Origin: Octopus vulgaris
Lineage: Eukaryota
Direction: 5' to 3'
DNA: 64,000 nt
NCBI GenBank assembly: GCA_951406725.2
Contig: OX597828.1
Location: forward strand, 3,348,001 to 3,412,000
Under the pieces are notes generated by a model. The model worked only from the letters and a program-made list of their open reading frames with translations. It had not been told where the DNA came from and did not search any database. Shown here piece after piece: positions 13,995-27,980 of the stretch (positions are counted from its first letter, which is position 1; each line of letters opens with the position of its first letter). The position numbers were made by a program, and so were the translations under genes.

Positions 13995-14510
13995 AGCGAG
14001 AGAGAGAGAGAGAGAAGAAGGAGAGAGAGAAAGAGAGAGAGAGAGAAGGAGAGAAAGAGAGAGAGAGAAGGAGAGAAAGAGAGAGAGAGAAGGAGAGAAA
14101 GAGAGAGAAATAGAGAGATAAAAGAACGACGGAGAAAGGCTAGCGAGTGGGAGAGAGAGAGAGAGAGCAGAGAGATAGAGGGAAGTGAAGAAAGGAAAGA
14201 GAGAAGAGGAGGGAGAAGGGGAGAGAGAAGGAAAGAGAAAGAAGGAGAGAGAGAAAGAGAAAGAGTGAAGTAAAAGAGCGACAAAGAAAGAGCTAGTATG
14301 AGAGACAACAGAGAGAGAGAGAGAGGGAGAGGGAGAGAAAGAGAGATAAGTGAAAGGAGAAGGAAAGAGAAGAGAGAGAGAGAAAAAGAGAAATAAAAGA
14401 GCGACAGAGAAAGAGATACTGGGGAGAGAGAACAGAAGGAGAGAAAGAGAGCGAAAGAGAAGGGAAGGGAGAAGGAGAGAAATACATAAACAGAGAAAAA
14501 GAGAACGAGT
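13995..14510. repeat. Purine-rich (GA)n low-complexity tract
   Basis: Visible directly; yields ER/LS pseudo-ORFs. Confidence 0.95.
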
Positions 14511-15213
14511 GAGGAATGTTCAGCATATTAGTGTATTGGGATTTAATTTATCAATTTATCTCGTGTGTTTGAAATTTATCGAGATATACCACAATACATT
14601 AAGCTGTATTGTATGAGATTAAAAATCACACACTTTAACACATTACACTGTAATGCATGTTTTCACATTTAGTATCGTAAACTACATCTGAAATACTAAT
14701 TATATCACAATACATAATCGTGTTATCAAATATTGCAAACTATATTTGAAATATTAAATATGCCAAAAAAAAACAACGGAATATATATAATTATATCACA
14801 TATCAGAACCATGTCTTTCACACAAAATCTTTAGAAGAATCTCCAAGCTTATGAGCTCGTCTCTTGGATGAATGTTTTTTGTCACATCACACCAGCGGAG
14901 GTGCGTTACCTACACTAAGTTTCTAGATTTGCTTTCGTCTCCCACACTCTTCCTCTTAAATATCAGCAACTTACCTCCAATAACACCTTTGTCACCAATC
15001 ATGAATAGATGAAATGAACATTCATTGATTTCTAACATCTTCCACCCTATCGCCATCTACAACGAATCTACTCTGACACCACAAACAGGACCTCGAAAAC
15101 ATTTCCTGACGGTGTCATGTCAATCTTGTCTCTTTCAAGCTCACTAAGATAAAACAAAGAAAACATTATCGTAAATTCGTTACAGAACCCATCAAGTTCG
15201 CAAATGCTAAGAA

Positions 15214-15291
<78 letters not shown>

Positions 15292-17667
15292 GATATCTCC
15301 TGAAAATATCTCCTGATGATAATAGACACTCAACACAACCCGAAAAGCAACACAAAGATTAGGTTTCCTCATTAGATTCAGGAAATACTACAGGCATCAA
15401 CAACTATTAAGTCCCTACAAAGTTTAGGCGAGATCCTTGATGAATACAACTACCTAACCTGGAGCGGTGCTGCATACACAGGATCTTAGAGCGTCTCCGA
15501 AGATGTCACCACCTGATTGTCATGGAGATCAGAACCATTCTAATTTCTGGCTTACAGACGTATCATCAATGCCATGCTTTCTCACTACCTCTAACACAGA
15601 GCTGCCTTCTTGAAACTTGTTGCTCTTGTGCCACATTCACCATCACACTCTCGAATCAATTCCTATGTCCACTCCTTCTTACATAGAACATTGATACTAA
15701 AAAATTTGTTACCCTGTACATGCTTTACTTGAAGTCGGCAACTTTTAACAGTTAACGAACAGTAATCGCATCAATCACTGGCCTCGGAGGTTGAGGGTTC
15801 ATCCTCCTTCTCGAGATCAATCCAACACAAAAATAAGTGGAAGTGAAATAAAAAGACCTACCACATTAAATATTACAAACTGTGTTGACACTATTTCGAT
15901 CATTTAAACAGTTCGAACTCACTGGATAAATTATAGTATTTGATCTTTATTTCAAAAGATTATTTCACTGATCCCAGTAATGCTTTTTAACTAATTGTTA
16001 TTTTAGGGTGGTATATGTTACAACGGTAGAGCTTCGAAAAGAATTGCTCATAGAGTTTATGGATTCGATAAATTATGTACTGGGGCTGATTTTAGCGATA
16101 AAACAAATGGCAAATTAAATTATCTGAAGTGAAACATAACCAGCGCACATGCTCTCATTGGCAGTATGACCTTCCGAACCTAAAAATATAGTTTTGTTTG
16201 TAACAGTGTAGTGTTATAGGACTTATTTCGTAATCTGTGAAATATCCGCATCTTTGAATGAGACTCGATGATTACTTCTTGGGTATACAAAGTTTGTTCG
16301 TTTACAATGATTTCAGAATTTTGCATTACTAGTTGATGTTCTAAAAAAATACTATGGACGTCTCTACGTAGTCGCTTGAACTACTAGAAATAGCAACCAA
16401 ATATTTCGCCAATCAAGCTCTTAAAAACTATGGAGATGGTCTTGGGTGGATCATCTTTGATGATAGAGCTGTCCAGCCAGAGTTAACTGAAGGCTAAATA
16501 GCACCAGTGTGAACAGCAATGGCAAAAGTAACAGCAACAACAGCAGCAGCAGCAGAAACACAAACTCACGTCCCTCACAAAACAGCTAGAGTATGCATTG
16601 AAACTTACTTGTTTCAGAAAGACGGAATCACATGGAATTAGTTACTATAGATCCAAAGAATAGATTTTAAAGCCCCATCTTGTTATTGTTTCTTAATTTT
16701 TCTTTGTTTTATCTTCATGAAGGCTGGCGCGTATAGGATTTATACAACATTCACACACACACACACACACACGCACACACACAGACACAAACACATAGAT
16801 ATATACATAATACATACATACATACATACGTACATACATACATACGTACATACATACATACATACATACATACATACATACATACATGCATACATATAAA
16901 AACTAATAAGAGTATATTAAGCATCTTGATTTATTGAAATTATCGTCGATCCTAGCGACAGAACCGGTAATTTACAATAAATCTTGATAATCCGTAGCAT
17001 TAGAAAGAAGCAGATAAGTGAGAGGGGCGATAACACGCTATTAGCAATGCAGGCTGAATCCTTTGGACTCTCGGTTATGTTCTTGGTGGATAATTTGCTT
17101 TAAAACTTGTTGGATTGTTTTGGCTGATTTTTGCTATAACATTCTTGGTAGACAATATAATTTGATGCGGGTGCATGATGCACGAGAGATATTATACTCA
17201 CTCATATACACTCATATGTGCACATCAAATGCACGCGCAAACACGCTCTCTCTCTCTCTCTCTCCCACGCATAAGCGCGCGCATAGTCACATGATTAAAT
17301 CAACACACACATACATGCATATTACTACATATGTCGTTCTAGGTATGTTTGTGTGTGTGTGTGTGCGTGTATACGTGTGCATGCGTATAACTACCTCTCT
17401 GTCTCTCTTTTCTCTTCTGTAATATCAAATTTTCCCTTCCTTGCTTCACCTCAACTATCTATACCGCTAATTACTAACTAAATATAAACGCTTCATCCAC
17501 CTGTAAAATTTGTATTATTTAGTTGTCTGTCTGAAGAATTTCTAACAGGAAATTCCTTACATGTTTACCTAACATGTAAAACTGTAATTCCTATTTGCAA
17601 ATGAAACATGTGTAATGGTGAATATACACATACATTTATTGTGTATACTATCGCACAGATACACTCT

Positions 17668-17711
17668 GGACCGACCAAAGCCTTGTGAGTGGATTTGGTA
17701 GACAAACTGAA

Positions 17712-17753
<42 letters not shown>

Positions 17754-17995
17754 ATATATACATACGTATACACACACTCCCACATATATATATGTATATA
17801 TTTATGTGTGTATCTTTGTTTCTGTGTTCCCCCTCCATTGCTTGACAACCGATGTTGCTGTGTTTATGTCTCCGTGACTTAGCCGTACAGCAGAAGAGGC
17901 CGATAGAATAAGTAGTAGGCTTACAAAGAATAAGTACTGTGGCCGATTTCTTCGACTAAAAACCCTTTAAGGCGGTGTTCGTGCATGGCTGCAGT

Positions 17996-17999
<4 letters not shown>
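17668..17999 (+). mobile_element. SINE family A, 5'-truncated
   Basis: gaccgaccaaagccttgtgagtggatttggtagac...ggcggtgttcgtgcatggctgcagtcaaat. Confidence 0.88.
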
Positions 18000-18087
<88 letters not shown>

Positions 18088-18090
<3 letters not shown>

Positions 18091-18246
18091 TTCAGCAAAA
18101 ATTTAGATTCAAATGATATGGTACTTAATTTAGATGCACCAGAATTTTGTATGGTGTTATCCATAAAAATCCGTGGGGTGATTATAATCAAAGTAAGCAA
18201 CAAGAATGACTCCGGTAATTTGGTACGATCGTTTCGTACTACATGA

Positions 18247-18248
<2 letters not shown>
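18088..18248 (-). mobile_element. Short repeat fragment between (TA)n tracts carrying the 3' half of a hammerhead motif
   Basis: Minus strand 18236-18224 reads C-GAAA-C-GATC-G-TA (palindromic stem III + GUA); the CUGANGA half is absent. Confidence 0.45.
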
Positions 18249-18297
<49 letters not shown>

Positions 18298-18895
18298 TAG
18301 TGCATACATACGTATACGAAAACCCTATACGCCATGAAATAAACTATTTTATACAGTAGATTATTGTTACTTACACCTTCTCTATTCCATATTGTATGCC
18401 TAAATTTCCTTTAGATGTATCACACATCTGGATATAATAATTTCCTTTAAAATTTGTAATTTTGGAGAAAACGATTACATAAGCCACACATTATTTTTTG
18501 AACTGATAAGTCGCAGAACAATTAAAAAGGGAAATGAAAGGATACATCGCGAAAGAGTAAAAAAACGATAAGTAAAGCATTAAAAAGGAAGTTCTATCAA
18601 GGCTTTGCCCCAAAATTATATGAGAATCTTAATGTGTTTTTATCTTTTGGTTTTAATAGTTTATCTATTGAAGAGTTTCTTTGTGCTGCGAAGCCTTTCT
18701 CTGATGAAGTAGAGGAAGTTGTCACATCATGGAAACAGTGCAAGCAACTAATCTTCTAACTCTCACATGCAAACAAAAACACAAGAATATATATACAAAG
18801 ACACCAGTTTGGTTGTGTATTTGCATACATATACATCTAAATACATATTGTTGCATATACATACATACACACATACATACATATATATATATGTT

Positions 18896-19007
<112 letters not shown>

Positions 19008-19087
19008 ACAATATGCATTTAGATGTATACGTGTATATGTTTTTATATATAAATGCCACACATCAAAGGAGGCTCTCAATAATAACA

Positions 19088-19146
19088 GTGTAGTAAAACG
19101 GTGGTGCTCCAGCATGGTTACAGCTTCGAGCTGAAACAGATAAAAT
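19088..19146 (+). mobile_element. Isolated 3' tail of the CR1-type LINE family
   Basis: ggtggtgctccagcatggttacagcttcgagctgaaacagataaaa matches the LINE end at 33468-33525. Confidence 0.7.
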
Positions 19147-19193
19147 TATATGTATATATATTTATATATATATTATAATAATTGGTAAAAATC

Positions 19194-19266
<73 letters not shown>

Positions 19267-20339
19267 TGTACGAAGTCGTTGCTCGTATATGTATGTGTAG
19301 ATACTCGTCACTTTATACTATGGAATATCGTTGCTGATGAGAGCAGTAGGTATGATTTTTTTTTTTTACATTAAGCTTGAAACAGGATCTTGTACACGGT
19401 TAACCAAAAGTTTAAATCATTATCTTTCTTGTGCCCTACTACAGCCCGGTATTTTATTTTTCGGAGATTTTAAAGGTGGTAATAGCGTCTTTTGGCGTCT
19501 AGTTTTCTAGCGCGCGGAGAGGCTTATAGCCAATCCCTTGATATATATATATATATTGTTGGCATCCTTTTTGTCTCGGGAGACAATGGAGTTGCGAAAT
19601 ATATATATTTATAAATGTATAATTATCTATTCATTGTTACATTTATTTCCCTACCAACTCTACTTTCCACGCCAGTTCACACAAATGTTTGAAGTGAAAA
19701 TTGACGCATTTGCAGTTTTAAAAATTAGAGTGGCACTTCTTCAGACCTGCACCAAAGGTACGCTCTTACATTGTGACGCACAATTCCACTGGCCATATAG
19801 TATGGGAATGAGTGTGTGTGATTGATATTCGCGCAGCTCTTTACAGTAGTTTGTGGTAGTCTATTATGAGTGTTTAGCGTGTAACACTGCCTAGCACACA
19901 ACCGACAGAAACTCAAGTGATTGTCAAGCAGTCTTGTCATGTTGATAGGGTTATCCCGTACACCGGGGAAAATGAGATACCACAACTTTCATACTTTCAG
20001 ATGCACGGAAGTTGTAATATAGGAAAGAGAGTAGAGACGGCTTCTGTTTCCCACATAACTGCGTCTCTTGTTATGCGACGTGACAAAGAGCTACGTAGTT
20101 AGTCATGGTTTTCATTGATTGTTGAAATATTTGGAACCTCAGTCAGCGGTCCTTTCATTGTCGCAGCAATGGGTTTATCATGTATTAACGACGATGAAAT
20201 ATCGCCGGTTTCGTAGTTCCAGGCACATGGAGAGTCATACCAATTATTATTCTCTGTATCCATGCATGGCTACTTCCTCTGCTGAGGTGATCTATGCCTC
20301 AAGTGTATGTGTATGCGTTTAAATGGATATATATATTTT

Positions 20340-20549
20340 ATCTGTTTCAGAATCCGGCCATACTGGAGCACCATCTTGGAGAACTGTTAGTTGAATGAAT
20401 TGACCCCAGTATTTATTTCTTTTAAAGCCTGCTACTTATTCTGTTGGTCTACTTTGCGGAGCCGTTAAGTTACAGGAACGTAAACAACCGAACACCGGTT
20501 GTTAAGCGATGGTGGTGGACACACACACACACACGCTCACACACGCATG

Positions 20550-20591
<42 letters not shown>

Positions 20592-20750
20592 ACAGGCTTC
20601 TTTCAGTTTCTGTCTACTAAATCCACTCACAAGGCTTTGGTCGGCTTGGGGCTGCGGCAGAAGGCACTTGCCCAATGTACCATGCAGTGGGGCTGAACCC
20701 AGAACAATGTGGTTGGGAAGCAAGCTTTTTACCAATCACCCACGCCTTCA
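20340..20750 (-). mobile_element. SINE family A, near full length
   Basis: Head, body, internal (CA)n and tail all recognisable on the minus strand. Confidence 0.9.
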
Positions 20751-21095
20751 TTGATAAATAGACAGACAGATGCATAACTGCAAATATTCCGACATAAGCA
20801 TATGTGTATGTATAAACTGTATGAATAAGTGGCAACTCAAGTTGTCAGGGGTTTTCAGGCAAAGCAAGTTGCTAGCTAAAGAGAACAGTAAAAATGGAAA
20901 CAAATTTTCTCAAGGTTAATGACTAACTCCTTACCTTTGTTATTATCTAAAACACCTGAATCCTTTTACGAATTAAAATAATTAAAAAATAATCGATACA
21001 TCTCGGTAGGTTAGTTGGGATATGTGTATGTGTATGCCAACAAACCTACCTGCTTTCTTAGTCTCCATGTATACCTATATACATACATACATACA

Positions 21096-21126
<31 letters not shown>

Positions 21127-21312
21127 TTTTTCATCGAGGTACTGAAATCGATATTTCCGTTTTAAGGTAGAAAGGTATAAAAATGATCGTTTTAGAAATC
21201 GATACATATATGCACGTTACACACAATCAGGCGCAACACTCTATACACACACACACACACACACGCACACACACTCACATACACACTTCCATATATCTAA
21301 TGTGTATATATG

Positions 21313-21344
<32 letters not shown>

Positions 21345-21443
21345 CGTGGGGGGAGGTAGCTTGGGGTGTTTGTGTGTATATAATATATATATACATACAT
21401 ACACATGCACCCACACATATCCACATACATGTGTGTACACGCT

Positions 21444-21500
<57 letters not shown>

Positions 21501-21712
21501 ACGTTAATGTAAGTCAATGAGCGCAAATAAAGTAACGTTTTATTTTTAGAACCAATATGGTCGACCGGGTTCAGATGTACTTGTCTTTATGAAGAAGATC
21601 AATAAATCCTACCATATTGTTTTACAATTTCTGTTGTTACATGCACATTGCTTTCTTCATTTTTATGCATGAATAACAATAATTGAATGCAAGTATTCAT
21701 TGGAAAGTGTAT

Positions 21713-21757
<45 letters not shown>

Positions 21758-21825
21758 CACACACATATATATACACATACACACACACACACATATATAT
21801 GTATGTGTGTGTATGAATGTATGTT

Positions 21826-21865
<40 letters not shown>

Positions 21866-22746
21866 CAAACACACACATAGGTATATCATTATATGCTGAA
21901 GTATATAGCCATAGTTTCTCTATAAAAGTTGATTGGATCCAGCTATTTTCGTACGTTGAGGCGTTTTATATATTGGCTATAAAAGTAAACCAATCGAGTT
22001 AATGTGGTTACTGAATTTATGAGTTTTAAAAGCATCTGGCCATTACAGCCTCTGGTTACGAAAAGCCTAAGTTACGCTATATGAAAGTTGCCCACCATAA
22101 GTTTAGATTTCAAGGTTATTTAATGGTTATAGCATCCTCATTATTTCATCCGCTGATAGTAAGTAGTATTACTATCAATAGAACAAATTTTGTTGCACTT
22201 GCCATCAGAAAAGAAAATATTGCTCTCGTTAGTATCTATTTAGAGATAAGCTCTTTTTAACTTAAATTAAGAGCCGTGGTTATAGCGAAGGCATTTACAA
22301 ACTACGCGTTACTGTAACTCTTTCCATATCCTCGCTGTTTCGAGTTCGGTTTGGGATTTTTTTCATAGTCGGGCCAGAATATAATTTATTCTTAACGGAA
22401 TTATCGATAATCGCATTCTGGCTCAATTCAGTCGTCTAAAACCATTGGCTGTATTGTTAATTATCAATAATTACTGGAGTATTGCATATTGTTCAATATG
22501 TATATTCCTGTATTTAACATGATTTTGGCAACTAGCTTACCGAGAAATAGACTAAATTATTTACATGTTACGAAGAATCCAATAAATTTTCGGAAATATA
22601 GATTGGAGTGGGGAATTAGAGGAATACAGGATTAAATATACAGCTGAAGTTGGCTTCGTCTTCCCCCCGCCCCGGCTCAAAGTTACCAATGAACCTTTTA
22701 TTGCCGGAAGTCGATAATATAAATAGTAGTACTACAGTATGGTGTG

Positions 22747-23050
22747 GAGGCGCAATGGCCCAGTGGTTAGGGCAGCGGACTCGCGGTTGTAGGATCATGG
22801 TTTCGATTCCCAGACCGGGCGTTGTGAGTATTTATTGAGCGAAAACAGCTAAAGCTCCACGCTGCTCCGGCAGGGTGGTGGTGGCGATCCCTGCTGTACT
22901 CTTTCGTCACACCTTTCTCTCACTGTTTCTTGTGTTGGCCTGCTCGCTTAGTCAGCGGGGTGGCGTCATTTGAAGGCTGAAACAATGCGATGCGCATGGT
23001 GACCAGCGATGTATAACAACATATGATAGCCTGGTCGTTTACGGTAAGGT
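22747..23050 (+). mobile_element. tRNA-derived SINE family C (tRNA-Arg-like head, possibly related to octopus OR SINEs)
   Basis: A box TGGCCCAGTGG, B-box-like GTTTCGATTCC, TCG at the anticodon position, followed by a 230-bp non-tRNA body. Confidence 0.8.
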
Positions 23051-23764
23051 GCGTTCACCTCCTTTTATACTTCCCTTTGAAATAAAAATCCCCCGAAATT
23101 CTAATTTGTAAAGACAGTGAAAACAGGAGAGACAGTATAGCATATTTTGATGAGACAAATCTGAATTCAATTTTTGCCTGAACCGACGTTACTTTAAGTC
23201 TATCTGATTTCGAAAACATCGGTGACGCATAATTATGTCCCAAGCATGACCTATTTCTTATTGCAGTCATTTACATATAATACACTTATAGTGTTTCTCT
23301 ACCATATCTCGTTTGATGACTATATAACTCCCATTTCGATTTGCATTTTTTATGTCAAATGAAATATGAAATTCATCCCTGTGGATCCGCGGAGGTAATG
23401 AGCAGTAAATGTTCACAGTTTTGAGCATAAAGGATAACAATATTCGGGTAGGCATGATGGAACTATATGTATTCAAACACTTTGTGTATGTCTCCCAACG
23501 TGATCTCTGCTGGTTAACAAAGCATATATAACCACAGAGAGTGCAACTGATATATTATTGTGTGGGACCTGAAGAACTTGAAGCTTTCTAGATTTGCGTT
23601 TCATTTTTTGATGTGTAAATTATTTTTTCTCAACTTGCAAGCAATGCTTTCTCGTTGCAGACCTACTTTGCTTTTGTCAATATCAAGATGTTCCAGAATA
23701 TCAGTATAAATACTCAGACATAACGTTTACTTTTGTGACGTTATATATATATGTATATGTGTTC

Positions 23765-24160
23765 TTTTATTTTGTTTCTGTCATTTTGACCGTGGCCATG
23801 CTGGAGCACTGCCCTTAGTCGAACAACTCGACTCTAGAACTTATTATTTGTAAGCCAAGTACATATTCTATCGGTCTCTCTTGCCGAACTGCTAGGTTAC
23901 GGCTACATATACACACCAACATCGGTTGTCAAGTGATGGTGGGGGACAAAAACAGACGCACAAATACACACACACACACACATGTATACATATATAAGAC
24001 GGGCTTCTTTCAGTTTCTGTCTACCAGATCCACTTACAAGGATTCGGTCGGCCCGAGACTATAGTAGAAGCCACTTGCCCAAGTTGTCACGCTGTGGGAC
24101 TGAACCCCAAACCATGAGGTTGGTAAGCAAGTTTCTTATCACATATCCACTTCTGCGCGT
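23765..24160 (-). mobile_element. SINE family A, near full length
   Basis: Colinear with the reverse complement of 54917-55080 + 56951-57167. Confidence 0.9.
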
Positions 24161-24517
24161 GCGCATACAAACACACACACACATACACGCCTATCACGTG
24201 ACCATTTGTCCTTGACCTTAACAAACATCTGACAATTATCCTTTCACTTTCAGTGGCTTTGACAATGATTGACTTAAATAGGTCATCTCTTGTTCACTTC
24301 TCTGATTCACCATTAGTATCTACTTTCAGTTCACTTAAAACTAGTGAAATTTCGTTACACTTTTAAAAATCATTTTGTTTCACTATTGCATTTTATCTCA
24401 CTTTTTTCTTTTAATCATGATCGTTCTTATCCTCTTGTCCTTCTCACCAATTACCAATACTGAATGAAACGAGTGCGAAATATACAAGCGGGCGCAAACA
24501 CACGTACACGACACGAG

Positions 24518-24569
<52 letters not shown>

Positions 24570-24668
24570 TACAGGGTTGTTTATGTGCATGTATCCTTCA
24601 ACATTTATGTACATGTGTAGGTACATGCTAGTTTATAAATTATGTGTTCTATATATCTGCAGTACTGT

Positions 24669-25370
24669 CAGGGGCGGATCGTAGATAAAATTAGTGGGGG
24701 CGCTGCTTCAGAAAATGTTTAGCCGTTGTTTTAATATTGTGTAAAAAGAAACAAACATATAAAAAGAAAATTTAGCGTTTTAACCACTGCCAGGTAGTGC
24801 GTTCAATTTGTTCACTGAACATTGCCGCGAATTCCCCCTTGTTTTTCAAAAATCCCTCCTAAATCACAAAATAAGGGGGGAAAATCTGCCCTATTTTTCA
24901 AATCCTGGCAGCAACACTGTAGCTTGAAGCAGATAATAATCTAATTCTACACTTTATTCACATTCAAGAATATAAACACGTTTTTAAGCACAACACACGT
25001 GGAGTCAAAAAGAAACACAACCTTTCACCAGTACACAATGGTTGGCACTGCTTGAACGACAGTGCTTTCTCTCTCTCTCTCTCTCTAGCGTGCAGCTTCC
25101 TATCTTGGACATGTGAGCATGCGCACAATAGTCAAGCACCGTGTCGTTTGGAACTGAGAAGCGCACAAGTCTATAAAGGATTTTTGTATTTTTTCCATAA
25201 ACTGGGGGATGACTACTGACATTAAGCTTAAGGATTATATAATGTACAAGTATAAAGAAAAAATTAAAGAAAAAAGGACTCATTATATTGAGTGTTATCG
25301 ATAATATCGTGTAGAAATGGGGATGGGGGGTGGCTGCAATTCTGCAGTGTCTATACACGAGCCGCCACTG
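24669..25370. mobile_element. Non-autonomous hAT-like DNA transposon (MITE)
   Basis: Imperfect TIRs caggggcggatcgta / cacgagccgccactg; flanking 8-mers agtactgt (24661-24668) and agtacaat (25371-25378) match 6/8, consistent with a decayed 8-bp TSD. Confidence 0.75.
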
Positions 25371-25684
25371 AGTACAATGTATCTATTATTTCTATGTATA
25401 TTCAGTAAAATATATGCATTATTTCAAACATGGTTAACACCTAAGATTACATAAATAATATACACCCAAAAAACTTTAAAATAATTAAAATTGAGATTTA
25501 TTGCATTTGGGAGAATGTTTCATGATGACTTTCAATATGTGGCATCACCAAAGCTGCATCTTTCTGTCTACGATCTTCATTACGGGACCGGATAATCTTA
25601 CAGACCTGACCCACTTAAAATCTCAAAATTCACACGGAGCATTGGCTTCTTATTTCTTACCCTTTCTACAGTAGTGTTTTAGTT

Positions 25685-25920
25685 TGCCAGGTGTCTCCGA
25701 CTATAACCTAGAGCTGATCGAAGCCTTGTGAGTGGATTTAGTAGACGGAAGCTGAACGAATCCGGTTATTTACAAATATGTGTGTGTGTGTGTGTATACA
25801 CATATACTCTTTCAGTCTTTTAGTTGTTTCAGTCATTTGATTGCAGTTATGCTGGAGCACCGCCTTTCGTTGAAAAAAATCGACCCCAGGACTTATTCTT
25901 TGTAAGCCTGGTACTTATTC
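25685..25920. mobile_element. Two SINE family A fragments in opposite orientation
   Basis: Body fragment (+) 25685-25770 and tail fragment (-) 25810-25920. Confidence 0.75.
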
Positions 25921-26061
25921 TGCAGAGTCATTTCCGGCATTGGCGTGCCAAAATGAAGACATTTGAAATATACCCCTAAATATAATTGACAGAACTATAT
26001 ACATGTTCTATCTCGTGTGGACGTCTCGTGTATGGTTCTGCAAATTATATTTGCTATGACG

Positions 26062-26151
26062 GTCACACTGATGAATTGCGGTCATTTACGTTTGTAATGG
26101 TAACAATGGTAACAATGGTAACAATGGTAACAATGAAACCTGGTATGTGAC
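26062..26151 (+). ncRNA. Type I hammerhead ribozyme motif, intact core
   Basis: Stem I GTCACA/TGTGAC; CTGATGA 26068-74; stem II ATTG...CAAT; GAAA 26135-38; minimal stem III CCTGG; GUA cleavage triplet ending 26145. Confidence 0.8.
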
Positions 26152-27409
26152 TAATCATTATATTTTGTATCTTTTCATTTGCCTTGCTCGCATACGTTCT
26201 GGCGTTTGCTGAATTTTTCTTGAGAACAATATTTTGTTAGTGGTCAGACCATATGGGGCCTACCTCTAGCATATTGGATGTCTACCTAGTGGCCGTTCCT
26301 CTTATATGCATGTAATATAATTTTTCTGAATATTCAGATCTTTTCAATATCTAGGCCACTGGTTTAAATTGATATTAATCAAATTAATATTCAATTTTTT
26401 TACCCTTATCATTTAAATTTATATATATATATGTATGTATGTATGTATGTATATATTTGTCGCGTAAACCTCTTCGTGTTTCTATCTAGCTTAACGTCTT
26501 ATGATTATAAGACAATTAAATAGATTCTGATTATTATTATCCTTCGGTCATCTAAAAAAGTATTAATTTGTTTTGATGGCTATATTAAATCCCTAAAGAA
26601 ACCTATAGCATCATCTAATCAGGCTTTCAGTCTTGGCAGCCGCATAATGTTATATGAATTGGTTTTGGCGTCTCTTGCTGCTTTTTACTTCAAAGTATAT
26701 GATTTTACTTCTTTTATTAAACAAAAGATTTGCTAATATATTTTCGTTAAACTTTTCTGTTATTTACCGAGATTACAACGTAAGTAAGTACCAGCATGTT
26801 GATATCGATCATCAATAGACTTATTTAGTTATTGATCCGTGCTATTCAGACGCCTCTCTTGACGCTGTCGATTTATATTCCTCCTCGATTTATCTCGCTA
26901 TTTTCCGCTCTAAAGTTGCTTTCGATTTCTTCAAACAGATTTTGGTTATAAAGAAGAGAAATGACCGTTTAACTTCCGGTTACTTGAATATCTCAGTCGT
27001 TGCCTTTCATTTCTATATTCTACTGATTATAGTCTTTTTTCAAGCAAGAGCTCAATTAAAACCTATAACGTGTAATATATGAATTAATCTGCAATCATAC
27101 CAAAAGAAACATATCTTTATATAAATGTAGAAAAACAGAGTAGTAAGGGTAGTTGTTGCTGATGATGTTTAGCCCTAGGTCAGTCCTAACCGAACTATAC
27201 TCAAATCATTCTAGCCAACCTAACATTTCAGATTACTTTTTCAGTTTTTAACAGTTGTTAATCTGATTTGGGAGAGAGTACGCTGCTACATTTTAATAGT
27301 AAAAGAAGTCGTAGCAATAATAGCAGTGATAGTTTTGTTGCTGTTGTTGTCATTGGTGGTAGGGATAATAGTTGTAGTAGTGACGTAGCTGTAAGAGTGG
27401 TATCAGTAT

Positions 27410-27605
27410 GGGTATCAAGTTTCGGCACAAAGCCAGCAATTTCGGGGGAAGGGGCTTTGTGAAAATGGTACTTATTTTATCGACCCTGGAAAGCTGAAAG
27501 GCGAATTTTACCTTGATGGAATTTGAACAGAGAACGTAAACACGGACGAAGTGCGACTAAGTACTTTGTCCGGCATGCTAACGATTCTGCCAACACCACC
27601 GCCTT
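27410..27605 (-). mobile_element. SINE family B
   Basis: Minus strand ggcggtggtgttggcagaatcgttagcatgccggac...gggtcgataaaataagtacc. Confidence 0.82.
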
Positions 27606-27785
27606 AAGGGTGGTATTAATATCAGATACGCTTTTAGCAATCGTAAGTGATACTCATAGTAAAAACAGAGGTGCAATGTTTAAACATGGTTAAGTAAGTT
27701 AGGTCATAAACGTCCATCGATGGATCTAATAAACCACACGATGGAATAGATATGCTAGTTTTTATGCAGAAAATGATGTGTTGTA

Positions 27786-27789
27786 TCTG

Positions 27790-27876
<87 letters not shown>

Positions 27877-27980
27877 GTATGTCTGTCAGTCTGTCTGTCA
27901 GTCTGTCTGCCTGCCTGTCTGTCTGCCTGCTTGCCTCTCTACCTGTCTCTCTGTTTGTCTGTCTGTCTCTCTTTCTGTAT
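27786..27980. repeat. (TCTA)n/(TCTG)n tetranucleotide microsatellite
   Basis: Visible directly. Confidence 0.96.

Noticed and set aside
14830-15460. Possible Gypsy gag relic (P*IQEILQAS...LQSLGEILD)
   Set aside because: Only a vague pattern across stops; needs a profile HMM search
22747-22820. Possible tRNA-Arg gene
   Set aside because: Anticodon and acceptor stems pair poorly and the sequence continues into a SINE body
26480-26900. Possible Penelope RT relic (ASLDAVDLYSS) downstream of the hammerhead
   Set aside because: A single weak motif; TBLASTN would be needed
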